From contig OZ024742.1 in NCBI GenBank assembly GCA_964016885.1, positions 35,340,001 to 35,404,000 of the forward strand: a stretch of 64,000 bases of DNA. Direction: 5' to 3'. The position numbers and the translations under genes were made by a program. How positions within the stretch are numbered: position 1 is the first letter of the stretch; each line of letters opens with the position of its first letter. This document shows, in pieces, positions 11,962 to 26,300 of this stretch. This DNA is from Eledone cirrhosa (lineage: Eukaryota). The notes under the pieces are model-generated. The model worked only from the letters and a program-made list of their open reading frames with translations, searched no databases and was not told the DNA's origin.

Positions 11962-13531
11962 CATTTATGGACGAAATAATATTCGTTTTATTCATCAACT
12001 TGTAACAAAACTATGTCTAAGAGATGCTTAAATACCCGTGTGAACTTTTTCAACTGCTGCCCGATGAAATAAAATTCCTTTTAAAAATGGTGGAGACCTC
12101 ATTGAGCTTTTTTCTTCATCGTTGACTTCTACATTGTCTATTCTATGGACATAAATTAGCTCCGTTTTTTAAATTATACTAGAGTTCTCTCCCTTAAATT
12201 ATTTGCAATAATCTAACATCGAACGTTTAGACTTACTAATTACTTGCCCTTATTTATCCTTAGAACTCTTATATGCAATGAGATGCCTCGGGAGTTAATC
12301 AATCATAACATGGCAAATTGAGAAGTTGGCGTCACATACCACACTAATGATACACGTTAAGAATCGTTTTAGTAATTTAATTTAATTAATATATATGTAA
12401 TTACTCCAAATTCTTGATTAAATGATTTGAAAATCAAAAATCATAGTCATTGTATTTCACTTAAAATATGGTGACTAAAGGGATATATCTCCACGTTATT
12501 CAAATTTAGGAGCGGTGTCAATGTTGGCACGAGTTTATATCTTGGTTATAGAAATCTTAATTCAGTTTTTAGAATAAAAATACTGCCTAGGAGCAATATA
12601 TCAAAACAATTACAGTTCTTATTGTTAGAAAGTATTCCAGCCATGACTAACATGTCTTTTTGTATAATAATTATATTTGAATAATCACAAGGAAGACATT
12701 ATTATGATTATTATGGGTGTACGTGAGTCTAGTCGACTGTGTGTCAACCTCCGACACATACCTCAGTGATTAACAAGCTCGTTTAGCAATCATGAGGGTT
12801 TGATTTAGTACGTGACATTTTGGGAAAGTGTCTTTTGCCATAACTCCTGGTCGAACCAACAGTTGTTAAAGAAATTGTATATATAGAAACTAAAATCAAC
12901 TGTACTTGCTCGATCAATGTAGTTGCTCGATCTGCAGAAAACAGCAGTCAAATTTACCTGAAATCACACATTATCGTGGTAAAGAATAGACAGGATAAAA
13001 TCGACCTAAATACCTTTGAAAAGACGGGATGGTTGGAAGGCTTTTTCTAATTGACCTGTAGTTAAACAACTACAACAAGGACAATTCGATGTAAAATTAA
13101 TCGGTTAATTACATATGCATATAACCCAAGGTCCAGCCTTGTTCCACATTCTGTCACGCTTATTCTCCCTATAAAATGACAAGATGGGTACAATGTCTGC
13201 GTCATGCTCAATCACTTACATTATAGGGAGGCTCTGTTTGAGAATTTACGTTAAATCTATACTATTCTATGGAATGCCTAGCTACTTATACTTTAATATA
13301 ACAAGTTGTACATTCAGTTAATCGAACAACTGAAAGCTCATCTTGGAAACTGACACCCTCAAAAAATATTTCCTTGTGAAAAACAGTTTGGTGAACTTGC
13401 AGAGTCATTGGAGCTTCGGCTACTAATGTTTTACTGTATTCTTTGCGCTCAACGTTCAATCCTGCTGAGCAATCTGGCCTCTTATTTTTCTGGGCCCGAT
13501 AATTATTTTACTAATTGCTCTACCCCATCTT

Positions 13532-13617
<86 letters not shown>

Positions 13618-13881
13618 TATACACATACATACACACACACATACATATATACATATACACATATACATATATACATATACACATATATACATATATATAT
13701 ATCCCCTCCATCCACCCACCACCACCCATACGCGCCTCACACCCTTTCACCATATGTTTCATTTTATTTTTTTACCCTCTTATTAAATTTGTTTGCTTCC
13801 CCTTAATCCTCCCTCCATTTTAATGTCTTTCCACCACTCCCCCCTCACACCTTCGGAACTCTTTTGCTTCCCACTTTTCTG

Positions 13882-13909
13882 CTGATGAAGGGCTTATGCC
13901 CGAAACGTC
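13882..13909 (+). ncRNA. Hammerhead core relic (stem I partner lost)
   Basis: CUGAUGA-A-GGGC(uuau)GCCC-GAA-ACGU-C; downstream bases do not pair with upstream ones. Confidence 0.55.
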
Positions 13910-13933
13910 GTCCCCCACCCCCACCCTCAAGCG

Positions 13934-13973
<40 letters not shown>

Positions 13974-14192
13974 AAAGAAGTAAGTCAAACATGTTAAATT
14001 TGGCTTCGTTTATTATAAATTCTCTTCTATATATATATAATAAACGAAGCCAAATTTAAGATGTTCGACTTACTTATTTTACACTACTCCGGAGTAAACA
14101 AACCAACCTGTGTACTTCGTCGTGTGCTCCAACCTGCATACGGAGGTGTCGATAAACAACCTACACATTCTCAAAACTTATATATAAGTAAG

Positions 14193-14279
<87 letters not shown>

Positions 14280-14502
14280 AGTGAAAAAAAATTGTAATGG
14301 GCCAGTTTCTCTACCCCACCACCCATCTCTCATTGTATCGACTATTTTATGCCCCTCGGTTATATGTATATGCAATCATCCGATTAATTTTACACCGAAT
14401 TGTCATTATTGTAGTTGTTTAACTACAGGTCAATTAGAAAAGAGCCTTCCAACCATCCCGTCTTTTCAAAGGTATTTAGATAGATTTTATTATGTTACTG
14501 AA

Positions 14503-14715
14503 GGCGTGTGGCTGAGTGGTTAGAGAATTGGATTCACAATCTTGAGGTTGTGAGTTCGATTCCTGGACCGGGCGATGTGTTACGGCCTTGAGAAAGACAC
14601 TTTATTTCACGTTGATCCTTCTACCTGGAGTTGCAACCGATAGATAGTACTAGAAACTGGAAATACCAACGGAAACATTGTTTCCTCGGTCCGATTTGAC
14701 GAAAGTCGATCGATC
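14503..14715 (+). mobile_element. tRNA-derived SINE family 2 (CORE-like)
   Basis: TGGCTGAGTGGTTAG A box, GAGTTCGATTCC B box, CCTTGAGAAAGACACTTTA core; related copies at 16810-17185(-), 23575-23700(+), 12720-12860(+). Confidence 0.7.
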
Positions 14716-15265
14716 CTTTTTTTCTTTTTATCACCACGATAGTGTGTGATTTCAGATAAATTTGACTGTTGTTTTCTGCAGATCGAGCAACTACATGAGG
14801 TTCCTTCCCTGGTTTCAACAAATATAATATCAAGCGGTTCAGTGTGCTGAAAAAGTATGCAATTAACAGAAATATTCACTTACATACGTAATATTAGCAG
14901 TCTGCTTAAAATTCCCAAGGGGCGCAACAAGTAATAAATAATAATTTTATTGGTTTTTTTCTTAACTGTGAATATATTTTCAGGGGAAATAACTCTTTTG
15001 CCAAAATATAAGGAAAATAGAGTTATTTCCCTTAGCTGTCCATTCTATATGAAGAAAATATGTAAATACGTTGGTATACTTAACACAAATCTTATATATA
15101 GGTGGCCGATCCACCAGCTAGAAATAGTAGATAAGACTGCCTCAGATCACACACAACCGTTGCAGATGTTTCGCTTCAGACGTATAAAATGGGATAATAA
15201 AATACAAAGTGGATAATCTTTCCTCCCTTCTCTCTCCGTCTCTCTCTCTCTTTCTCTCTCTCTCA

Positions 15266-15331
<66 letters not shown>

Positions 15332-15361
15332 ACGTACACACACACACACACATACACACAC

Positions 15362-15396
<35 letters not shown>

Positions 15397-15861
15397 TGTA
15401 TGTATGTATGTATGTATGTATGTATGTATGTATGTATGTATGTATGTATGTATGTATGTAGGAAAAGGAAAACTCTGATATAACACCTGCAAACCTGATG
15501 GTATCCAATGATGTTGACTTGCTCTTCTTTTTGGTAAATATCATCTTGGTTAAGAGAGTGGGACTGGCTTTGTGCAGTGCCTTTGCTCACTATAAAAGCT
15601 TCACGGCACAGGCATTGCTTTATATTTAGAGATCTCTCTGCACTTGTCGTCACATGGTACCATGGGCCCAGCACTATGTGTCAATAATTGTCACAAGTGT
15701 AGTGTTTGTACGAGAGTTTTCAAGTCGCTGGCTGGACTAAAAAGTCACACTCGTTCAGCGCATCGGTAGGGGTTCTCCTACATGGATATAAAGTAGTGGC
15801 CGTACTCGAAAACGAGTTGGCAGCCACCATATATGTATGTATATATGTATATATGTGTGTC

Positions 15862-15917
<56 letters not shown>

Positions 15918-16116
15918 CATACATACATACATACATACATACAAAATAGAACCGCTAGACATCCAGTCTGGCGCCATTCTAACGTTCAATGTCTGGCATA
16001 TTCATCACAAAGTAAGAAAACAACAACAACAACGATAATGATGATAAAAGTATTATTATTAATAACAATGATAATAATAATTTTAATTTATATTTATAAG
16101 TAATAATAATGATAAT

Positions 16117-16447
16117 GCTTTCTGATTTAGGTGCAAGGCCAACGATTTGGGGGTAGGAGTAAATCTATTAAATCGATACCAGTACATGACTGGTACTTTA
16201 TTTTATCGACCCCGTAAGGATGAAAGGCAAAGCTAACCTCGGCGGGATTTGAACTCAGAACGTAAAGGGCCGTAACTCTATGTCACTAAACATGTTGCTC
16301 GACGCTCTACCGATTCTGTCAATCCATAATAACTGTTTCTATTTCTACTTTTGGAAGAAAGCCAGCAATATCCCAGTGTATTACTGGTACTTTATTTTAT
16401 CGACCCCGTAAGGATGAAAGGCAAAGTTAACCTCCGCAGGATTTGAA
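16117..16447 (-). mobile_element. Two adjacent SINE family 1 copies
   Basis: Body motif at 16190-16260 and 16381-16447. Confidence 0.85.
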
Positions 16448-16706
16448 ATGAAAGTAATTATAAGTAGAACACAAAACAAAAACAAACAAATAAATAATAA
16501 AAAGGAAGAAAATGAAGAATTTTTGTGGCTTATGAAACATTGTTTCATTGTCTTGTTTTGTTTATATTTTTGTTGTTTTATAAGTTTTTTTTTCATTTTC
16601 TGTTTTTATTTATGTATTTATTTATGTTATTTGATTTGATATTTTGTTTGAGAGAAACCAGAAAAAATATTAATATAAATCCCCTACATATATGTGTGTG
16701 TGTGTT

Positions 16707-16761
<55 letters not shown>

Positions 16762-17536
16762 CAAATGGCCACTAATACGAAGATATTTTATTTTGTATGA
16801 ATAATGATTATGCTGAATCTCCGTCGTGCATGTAGCTGTGTGGCTGAGCATTCCACGGACAAGCGTATCCCTAACGTAGTTTTCAGGGAAACCCAGCGTG
16901 ATGCAGTTTGACAAAACTGGCCCTTTGAATTATAGGTGCAATCTTGTATTATAGTGTAAGTGGATTCCACAGTTATTTTCCCCCTTAAAGTAGTTTCCAG
17001 AGAAATCTTGCATGATGGATGTGTTACAAGGCTGGCGCTTTGAATTACAGGTAGAACTAATTTTTGTTAGCTGAGTAAACTGAAGCAACGTGAAATAGAA
17101 TGTCTTGCTCAAGGACACATCGCACCGCCAGGTTCGTACTCATGGCTTTACGGTTGTGAACTGCATCCCCTAACCACTAAGTCACTTACTTGTCTTCATG
17201 AAGAATGTTAACCATTGACTAGTTACAATGAAGGTATTATTAAGATTTTTTCAATTTAAAAAAAAAAGTTATTTTCGTTTTGCTTTTCGTGAGTCTAACA
17301 GACTGTGTCAACTGCAGTGTGTTACTGGTACTTACAAATTTGGTTTCACATTCATTAGATATGATGGATGATGAAGAGCAAAGTCAAAACCTTGGCGGGA
17401 TTTTATTTATTTATTTATTATTTATTTATTATTTATTTATTATTTATTCATTTATTTTTCGAAATTCGGAAAATAAAAGGCTGAGAGGAGAGTAAATACA
17501 TATGGGATGTGGGGAGAAGAAAAATCAATACACATA

Positions 17537-17675
17537 TAGTCTGGCATTTTAATGTCTTTGCAAATACACAATTTAGTCCGGCATGTTAATGTCTTTGCAA
17601 ATACACAATTTAGTCCGGAATTTTAATGTCTTTGCAAATACACAATTTAGTCCGGCATTTTAATGTCTTTGCAAA
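17537..17675. repeat. 37-bp tandem repeat, about 3.7 copies
   Basis: Unit TAGTCCGGCATTTTAATGTCTTTGCAAATACACAATT starting at 17537, 17574, 17611, 17648. Confidence 0.92.
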
Positions 17676-17734
17676 CTCGCAGCCGAATCTCTGGACGCAG
17701 TAACAATGACTTCTAGTTCTGGCCGACGACCATT

Positions 17735-18372
17735 CATTTTGGGGCAGGGGAAGTCGATTATATCGACCCCAGTACTTAACTGGTACTTTATTTTATCGAC
17801 CCCGTAAGGATGAAAGGCAAAGTTAACCTCAGCGGGATTTGAACTCAGAAAGTAAAGAGTCGAAAAAAATAATTCAAAGCATTTGTCCGACCCTATAACG
17901 ACTCTGGCAATCCTCCTCCTTAATAATAATTGTTTCTACTTTTGACACAAGGTCAGCAATTATCCCAGTGTATTACTGGTACTTTATTTTATCGACCCCG
18001 TAGGGATGAAAGGCAAAGTTAACCTCGTCGAGATTTGAACGCAGATCGTAAAGGGCCGTAACTCCATACTGCAAAGCATGGCGTCCGACCCTCTACCGAT
18101 ACTGCCAATCCACATAATAATGGTTTCTTATATAGGCACAAGGCCAGCAATTTTGGAGGAGGGGAAAGTCGATTAAATCGACCCCAGTACATTACTGGTA
18201 CTTATTTTATCGACCCCGCAAGGATGAAAGGCAAAGTTAACCTCGGCGGAATTTAAACTCAGATCGTAAAGGGCCGTAACTCTATGCTGCAAAGCATGGC
18301 GTCCGACCCTCTACCGATACTGCCAATCAATAATAACGGTTCAATAATTGTTTCTACGTTTGGCACAAGGCC
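17735..18372 (-). mobile_element. Cluster of three head-to-tail SINE family 1 copies plus a tail fragment
   Basis: Copies at about 17735-17912, 17927-18112, 18122-18327. Confidence 0.9.
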
Positions 18373-18824
18373 AGAATAATTATAATAATATAAAAAAAAA
18401 AATAATAATGAATGTCTTTAGATTGTTGGGAAATATTCCTTTAGTGGAGGTGTTGTGTCTCTCTCTGTCTCTAACCATATGGATAGCCATGTGGTTTTTT
18501 CTATAGTGGTGGTAGTGGCGGTGGTGGTTGTGTTACAGATGGTGTTGTTCATATTGGTATTGGTGACGGTGGTGTTGACGATGGTGGTGATTGTCACACA
18601 GACGTCGGTGGTGATGATGGTGGTGGCGGTGATGTTAAAGATGGTGATGATGACCACACAAAGATGGTGGTGATGGTGGTATTGGTGTTGGTGTCGTTGA
18701 CCACGATGACAGCCACAGAGATGGTAGCGATAATGGAGTTGTTGGTACGGTTGGTGACAGAGGTTTCCGTGGTTTTCGCGATGGTAGTTATAGAGTGGTG
18801 GTAGGGTTGTCGTTGGTAGTTGTG

Positions 18825-19635
18825 TGATGGTTATAGTAGTGATGGTTATAGTAGTGATGGTTATAGTAGTGATGGTTATAGTAGTGATGGTTTAGTAGTG
18901 ATGGTTATAGTAGTGATGGTTATAGTAGTGATGGTTTAGTAGTGATGGTTTAGTAGTGATGGTTATAGTAGTGATGGTTATATTAGTGATGGTTTAGTAG
19001 TGATGGTTATAGTAGTTATGGTTATAGCAGTAGGTATAGTAGTGATGGTTATAGCAGTAGGTATAGTAGTGATGGTTATAGCAGTAGGTATAGTAGTGAT
19101 GGTTATAGCAGTAGGTATAGTAGTGATAGTTATAGTAGTGATGGTTTAGTAGTGATAGTTATAGTAGTGATGGTTATAGTAGTGATGGTTTAGTAGTGAT
19201 AGTTATAGTAGTGATAGTTATAGTAGTGATGGTTTAGTAGTGATGGTTTAGTAGTGATGGTTATATTAGTGATGGTTTAGTAGTGATGGTTATAGTAGTG
19301 ATGGTTATAGCAGTAGGTATAGTAGTGATAGTTATAGTAGTGATGGTTTAGTAGTGATAGTTATAGTAGTGATGGTTATAGTAGTGATGGTTTAGTAGTG
19401 ATAGTTATAGTAGTGATAGTTATAGTAGTGATGGTTTAGTAGTGATAGTTATAGTAGTGATAGTTATAGTAGTGATGGTTTAGTAGTGATAGTTATAGTA
19501 GTGATGGTTTAGTAGTGATAGTTATAGTAGTGATAGTTATAGCAGTAGGTATAGTAGTGATGGTTTAGTAGTGATAGTTATAGTAGTGATGGTTTAGTAG
19601 TGATGGTTTAGTAGTGATAGTTATAGTAGTAGGTA
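18825..19635. repeat. 14/15-bp minisatellite
   Basis: TAGTAGTGATGGTTA and variants repeated over about 800 bp. Confidence 0.95.
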
Positions 19636-19911
19636 TTATAGTGGTGGTTATTTATAGTGTTGTTAGTTGTGGTAAAGAGATCAGTTGGTTGTTATTAGTG
19701 TTGGTGTTATAGTTGTGATAATGGAGTAAATGTATGGAGTGTGAGCAGGTGGGAGGGGGATGGTGTCATGTATGAAGTCGGAAATATATTTTAAAAAAAA
19801 AGAAAAAAAAATGAAAAAAAGAGTAAAAACAAAAAATATATATTAGAAAAAATAACGGTAAAAATTAATAAAAAACAAAATAAAAAAAAATGATAAACAA
19901 CAACAGCAATA

Positions 19912-20690
19912 GTTTCTTATTTAGGCACATGGATAGCAGTTTTTTGGGGAAAAGATTGATCTATTACATCGATTCAGTACATGATTAGTATTTTATTTCA
20001 TCGACCCCGGAAAGACGAAAGGCAAAGTTGATCTTGGCGTGATTTGAACTCAGAATGTAAAGAGCCAGAACAAATAGCTGAAAGCCTTATTGTCCAAAGT
20101 TCTGACGTTTCTGCCAATCTACCATTATTGATTGGCAGTATCGGTAGAGGGACAGACACCATGCTTTCCAGCATAGTTACGTCCCTTTATGGTCCGAGTT
20201 CAAATCCCGCCGAGGTTAACTTTGCCTTTCATCCTTACGGGGTCGATAAAATAAAGTACCAGTAATGTACTGGATAATTGCTGGTCTTGTGCCTAACGTA
20301 GACGCAATTATATTAAAGACGCTATCAGATATGAACCCCAAACATAAAGAATAGGAACAAATATTACAAGGATAAAAAAATAATAATTCTTTTCAACATT
20401 GGCACCACACCAGCCATTTGGGGTAAGAGGAAAATCGATTATATCGACCGTAATATTTATAAGAAAATAATGATTTCTGATTTAGGCACAAGGCCAGCAA
20501 TTTTTGCGGAAAGGGAAAGTCGTTTAAATCGACCCAGTGCATTACTGGTACTTTATTTTATCTCTCTGTAAGGACGAAAGGCAAAGCTAACCTCGGCGGG
20601 ATTTGAACTCAGAACGTAAAGGGTCGTAACTTTATGCTGCTTATATTATTATCATATTATCCGACGCTCTACTAATTCTGCCAATTAATC
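19912..20690. mobile_element. SINE family 1 cluster in mixed orientation
   Basis: Old copy (-) 19912-20120, young copy (+) 20130-20310, copy (-) 20472-20690. Confidence 0.85.
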
Positions 20691-21051
20691 GCCCTTGCTA
20701 AAAATGCAGTCATAAAAATATTTATACAATAATATAGATTATGATATATCATATGGTTATTTGCAAAGGCAATTGATGCGAGCTCAAATCATTCAGAAAT
20801 AAAATGACAAAAAAAAAAAGAAAAACAAAAACGGCATGCTAACAAATCAAGGGACAAATATAGGAATGTTATATCAAATAAATATATAAATATATAGTAT
20901 TGGAGAGTTAGTATGTTAGTTTATATATATATATATATGAATGTATGTATAAGTGGTGCGGCGACATATTCAGCCCATGCAAGCATGGTAGAACATATGC
21001 AAAATAATGATGATGACAATAATGATGAAGCGAGTATCATATATATATATA

Positions 21052-21096
<45 letters not shown>

Positions 21097-21179
21097 TTGC
21101 TGAACGCCAAGATGTAAACATATATTCCACGGGAGCATATCAACAAAAGCAAACTTTATTTTTATTTACATTCGAACTG

Positions 21180-21238
21180 CCTGTCTGATGAAAACGTATG
21201 GAGTAATCGTTGAATACCTTCGAAATATGCATAACAGG
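21180..21238 (+). ncRNA. Hammerhead ribozyme-like motif
   Basis: CCUGU-CUGAUGA-[weak stem II GUAU/AUAC]-GAA-AUAUGCAU-A-ACAGG. Confidence 0.6.
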
Positions 21239-21311
21239 AGAATGTAATGGAATAAAACGATGTTGAATATGTGATACTGTCTCTTTTCCTTTATATATGT
21301 ACACCCTCCCC

Positions 21312-21407
<96 letters not shown>

Positions 21408-21745
21408 TCGGCAAATAGTTGTTATTTATCCAATACTAGCCGAAATCAATCAAAGTTATCAAAGTTATGTTGTTTAATAGATTCTGATGAAATGTATGTT
21501 CTTGCTGAATTGATAGAAACGTTCGTAAATCAATTAAATAATTCAATCTAATTTAATCCTGGTTATTTTGTTAATTTTATATCTGTTCTGTGATATCGTA
21601 AAACTATTGTGATTGGAAATTAACTGTTGAATTAAACACTGAACTGTCTCTTACCTATCTTGATTTCATATTTGAGCTTTGATTATTCTTTGCTTTTATA
21701 TGGCTGGGATATATTAGGTTAACGCTTGATATAGCAGGAAGAGGG

Positions 21746-21781
21746 TCTTAACGTTTCGGACGCTAGTCCTTCATCAGAAGA
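21746..21781 (-). ncRNA. Minimal hammerhead ribozyme, GGAC/GUCC family
   Basis: UCUU-CUGAUGA-A-GGAC(uagc)GUCC-GAA-ACGU-U-AAGA; palindromic ACGU stem III. Confidence 0.8.
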
Positions 21782-22253
21782 AAGAATGAGAAATAAGATA
21801 GATTGAGGGGACGGGTGGGTTAGAATTGGAAAACATGTCTAAAGATAAAAATAACAGCCTCATTCATGTTGTCATCTCTTGCAAATATATATATATAAGA
21901 AAAATGGAGTGCTGCGTGGTTGCACATGAATAAAATTAGTCCTTCATCAGTGATCTTCCAACGTTCATTGCTATTTCATCGCTTTAAAAATAATATACCT
22001 CTGGTTGGTGCGAGCAATAACTAAATAAAGTTATTGGGACAAGTAAAAAGCTTAAGCTTATAGATATCATGTACTTGTCTCTTCCTATCTTTCCGTTGCC
22101 ATACCATCTTTGTTTGTTTACATGTCTCGCTCGCTTCACGCTATTTTACTTGTCCCAATAACTTTATTTAGTTATTGCTCGCACCAACCAGAGGTATATG
22201 ATTTTTAAAGCGATGAAATACCAATGAAGGTTGGAAGATCACTGATGAAGGAC

Positions 22254-22303
<50 letters not shown>

Positions 22304-22331
22304 ATCAAAAGATGGTTAAATGAGTTCCATG

Positions 22332-22402
22332 TATTTTATTATGCGCATTTCAAAAACAAATATCATCATGCAATAACATTTGTGTTTTCATCAGATAAAA
22401 TA
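22332..22402 (-). ncRNA. Hammerhead ribozyme (left arm of near-perfect palindrome)
   Basis: UAUUUUAU-CUGAUGA-long stem II-GAA-AUGCGCAU-A-AUAAAAUA. Confidence 0.8.
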
Positions 22403-22528
22403 GGAGGACATGATATGAAGGTTAAAAAACACTTGTGGATAGTGCAGTTTTAAATCAACATATCAACATATGTTGATTTAAAACTGCACTATCCACAAGT
22501 GTTTTTTAACCTTCATATCATGTCCTCC

Positions 22529-22599
22529 TATTTTATCTGATGAAAACACAAATGTTATTGCATGATGATATTTGTTTTTGAAATGCGCATAATAAAATA
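22529..22599 (+). ncRNA. Hammerhead ribozyme (right arm of near-perfect palindrome)
   Basis: 8-bp stem I UAUUUUAU/AUAAAAUA, core CUGAUGA...GAAA, long AU-rich stem II, palindromic AUGCGCAU stem III. Confidence 0.8.
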
Positions 22600-22835
22600 C
22601 ATGGAACTCATTTAACCATCTTTTGATCTTATATATTATGTATACTCCAGTCCTACAAACTGTAGAGTGCTTCTTATCCGATATCTGCATTGCTTTATTG
22701 TACTACAGTAAAACTCACCTCCTATATATATATATATATATATATGATTGTATACATTGTAAGTCGTATTTGTTTCACGCTTGCGGCAAAAAATATCTCA
22801 ACTTATCGGATTTTTGAGTTTCATCATATATATAC

Positions 22836-22927
<92 letters not shown>

Positions 22928-23835
22928 AAGCTCAAAAATCCGATAAGTTGAGATATTTTTTGCCGCAAGCGTGAAACAAATACGACTTACAATGTAATAA
23001 AGGTAACTTGTGTGTTAGATATAGTTTATCTCTGGGGATTAAAAGTTGGGGAAGAATATAACTAAAAGTAACACCCTAATAACAGGGAAGAAGTTTGTAA
23101 TAACTTCTGCCTAAATAACATCTAGGAATCACAAACTTGTTATTGTAATGATGCACGCTTTTTGTTTTTTTTTCTTACTTATATTCATAGTTCACTTGTA
23201 TATTAGGCCTCTCGATACCATATCTCTGATGAAAGACACTGCCAATCATTTTCAAGCGATTTTAAAAATGTATCATAGAACCAGAGGTAGTTTCAGGTAG
23301 TTTAGTTCCAAAAGGGCTAAATTATATCCTACATATAAATATTTGAAAAGGACCACAGAAAACACTGTAAGTACACATGTAAGTTGCGGCTCTTCTACGG
23401 ACAGCCCTTCCCCCATAACAGCTAAATAACTTAACTTAAAACAATTCAATAAGAGGTACTTGTTAGTAAAATCTCAACAACAAGTTTCTCAACAACAGCT
23501 CAATAATAACAATTTTCTTAAAAATAAAACAAAAAAATTATCCAGTCATTGGTAGCTTAATAAAAGTGGAATAATTAGGGTGTAGAGTTCACCATGGAAA
23601 GGTCGTGGGTTCGATCCTCTGATGCGGTGGTATGTTATGTTCTTGGGCATGACACTTTATTTCGCATGGCTTCAGTTCATTCAACTGAATGAGCACCAGT
23701 AGCAATAACAGCTGGTATTTTGTTGAAAGATTGGATTATTGTACTCATGAAACCGAGATAGGTTCCAGCCATTGGGCTTGAGAAAGTCCTTGAATGACAC
23801 GATGATAAATAGGTACAATTAATAACAACTCAATG

Positions 23836-24522
23836 GTTGTCCATCGTAAACGATGATGACATCTTCGTTATTGTTGTCCCCGTCTGCCGTGGGCACGAAG
23901 GTGGCTGTGGAGGCCGATCCTTGACTTTCAGGTCCGGGGACAGTGGGGGCAGGGGAAGAGACCGGAGTCAGACTGGCAACTGCCAGAGGTTACCTCCACC
24001 TGTTACCTTCGCCTCTTGCCTATCGCCGCAGGGCTTTGGGAGTACACGCTAAAGAAGAAACCTGAGCGGAGGGCCAGTGCACAGTGACGGACCCACTCAC
24101 TGGGCCGCAGAAGCCAAAATCCGGTGGTACGGAAGACCGTCATGACCAGGGACTTCATTGACTGAAGTGGATGGCCACGATGTCTGTAGTGCCTTGCCGT
24201 GCCCTAGCGCTCCACACCGCTTGCTGTCGCCGTCTTCGTGACCGTTGGGACGATGTTGTCCTCCTCCACTCACTCTGCCGGGTCCAGTCTTCGCATGCAG
24301 GGGCAGGCATCCCCTATCTAACTCACTGGAGGGTTTCAGACCCGTCCGGCTATCCTCAACCTGGTTCGGCCCGCTAGCCAAGGCGGTTTACCGGGGTGTG
24401 GCCGCTACAGTCTTGGGGCCACAGGTGAGAGCTGAGTGTCAGGTGAGATCCAATGCAGGAAAAGATGTCCTGAAAAGGGCATGGCAAGCCCCCCTACAGA
24501 GGTACATGCCCCTCCCTGACTA
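23836..24522. mobile_element. GC-rich island, probable RTE-like LINE 5' UTR
   Basis: Sharp GC rise with no credible ORF; begins GTTGTCCATCGTAAACGATGATGAC, resembling RTE 5' regions (from memory). Confidence 0.4.
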
Positions 24523-25083
24523 AAAAGTTAAATACTTTAATAACAGTTCGATAAAAGACACATTTCACTAACACGTACCTTAAAAATAGTCTATAATAAG
24601 GTACGTTAACAACTGCTGAATGAAAAGGCTCTCAAAAATAGAACACGTAGCTGTGTAACTATGGAGTGCTTTGATATCAATCCAATATTGAATGCCTAGA
24701 TGATATCTCAACAACACATGCTTAGGGAATATTCCACATAATAAACACGTTGCTACAAAACAGCATAGGTAACAAATATCTGTTTATTATCGATTAACAG
24801 ACTCGATAAAATATAGTTAGTTAAAACAAGTAACCCAGCAATAGCTCTGTAAAATATACTGTAGATACAAAATGTAATAGCTATCTAAAGTATGCTGAAG
24901 ATACAATGTGTAACAAGAGGTACCCCAGTAATAATAGCTCTAAAATATAATGCAAATACAAAGTGTAATATGGAATACCTCAGCAGTAACGTAGCTAGAG
25001 TAGGTGCCACCCGGGGCAGATAGCAGTAGGAAAATTCTTACTGCAAGATGCAGCAACCTCACCTTGAACTATGAACACTATAC

Positions 25084-25180
25084 TCTTTCTGATGAAGTGC
25101 AATATTTTATGTGGTACTTGCGATTGAACATAATAATTAGCGCGCATAGACTGATATTGTATTGAAACATATGTTAAAGA
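25084..25180 (+). ncRNA. Hammerhead ribozyme with large stem II insertion
   Basis: UCUUU-CUGAUGA-AGUGCAAUAU...(about 48 nt)...AUAUUGUAUU-GAA-ACAUAUGU-U-AAAGA. Confidence 0.75.
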
Positions 25181-25315
25181 ACGGACTCTAGATAAATCTT
25201 TCTCCTCTAACTTTTACTTCATGCCTAATCGTTTGTTTTTCCTAGTACTATACCTTTAAATTTATAATTACTCCGTGATCTTCCACTTGGATATTGTACA
25301 TTGAACTCTCAAATC

Positions 25316-25411
<96 letters not shown>

Positions 25412-25505
25412 GGTAAAATGACAGGAGGGTATATTCCTTTAAATTGTTATAACTGAAAACACTATGCACATTTCAGTGGCCAGTAGTGAACCACGACATT
25501 TAAGC

Positions 25506-25548
<43 letters not shown>

Positions 25549-25824
25549 TATATATATATATTCTTTTTTCTTCTTTTTTCTCTCTTTTTTTCTTTCTTTC
25601 TCTCTCTTCGCTGTCGCTTCTTTCCCTCATGGCTTTTTGATAGATATCAAGAAGGCTTTGGGCGTGCTACGGATAGATATATTGTCTATAATGCCACTGA
25701 AACATCTGTGGCCCGTAGTAGACAACTGATGAAGGGAAACTGTCTATCTCTTGTTTGTGTCGCCTTACTTTCTAACACTCGTTATCAGTAATCACACAGC
25801 CTCATCTCTCTCAACCCATATTTT

Positions 25825-25912
<88 letters not shown>

Positions 25913-26091
25913 GTATGTATTGATGTATGCATGTCCAATAAAATGTTTAGCTGCATTACAAGACACATCAAACAAAAAGACAAAACGTTGCAACATATGC
26001 ATAAATAATAATAATGATAAGCAAAATGCAGGTCTGTGTTGCATCACAAGCACAATTACATCAACTAATGTAGTAACATAACAGTGAAATG

Positions 26092-26153
<62 letters not shown>

Positions 26154-26255
26154 TCGTCATTGGTTCTGATAGAGTTGTAGGGGTGCCTTCTTCGGCATAT
26201 AAACCTGACAGGGACCATTCCTCTCCAGGCCTGAACATAGTCGATTTCCTTTAGA

Positions 26256-26300
<45 letters not shown>

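Noticed and set aside
15480-15675. Possible exon of a second gene
   Set aside because: No motif or splice partners; part matches the dispersed repeat at 48995-49062.
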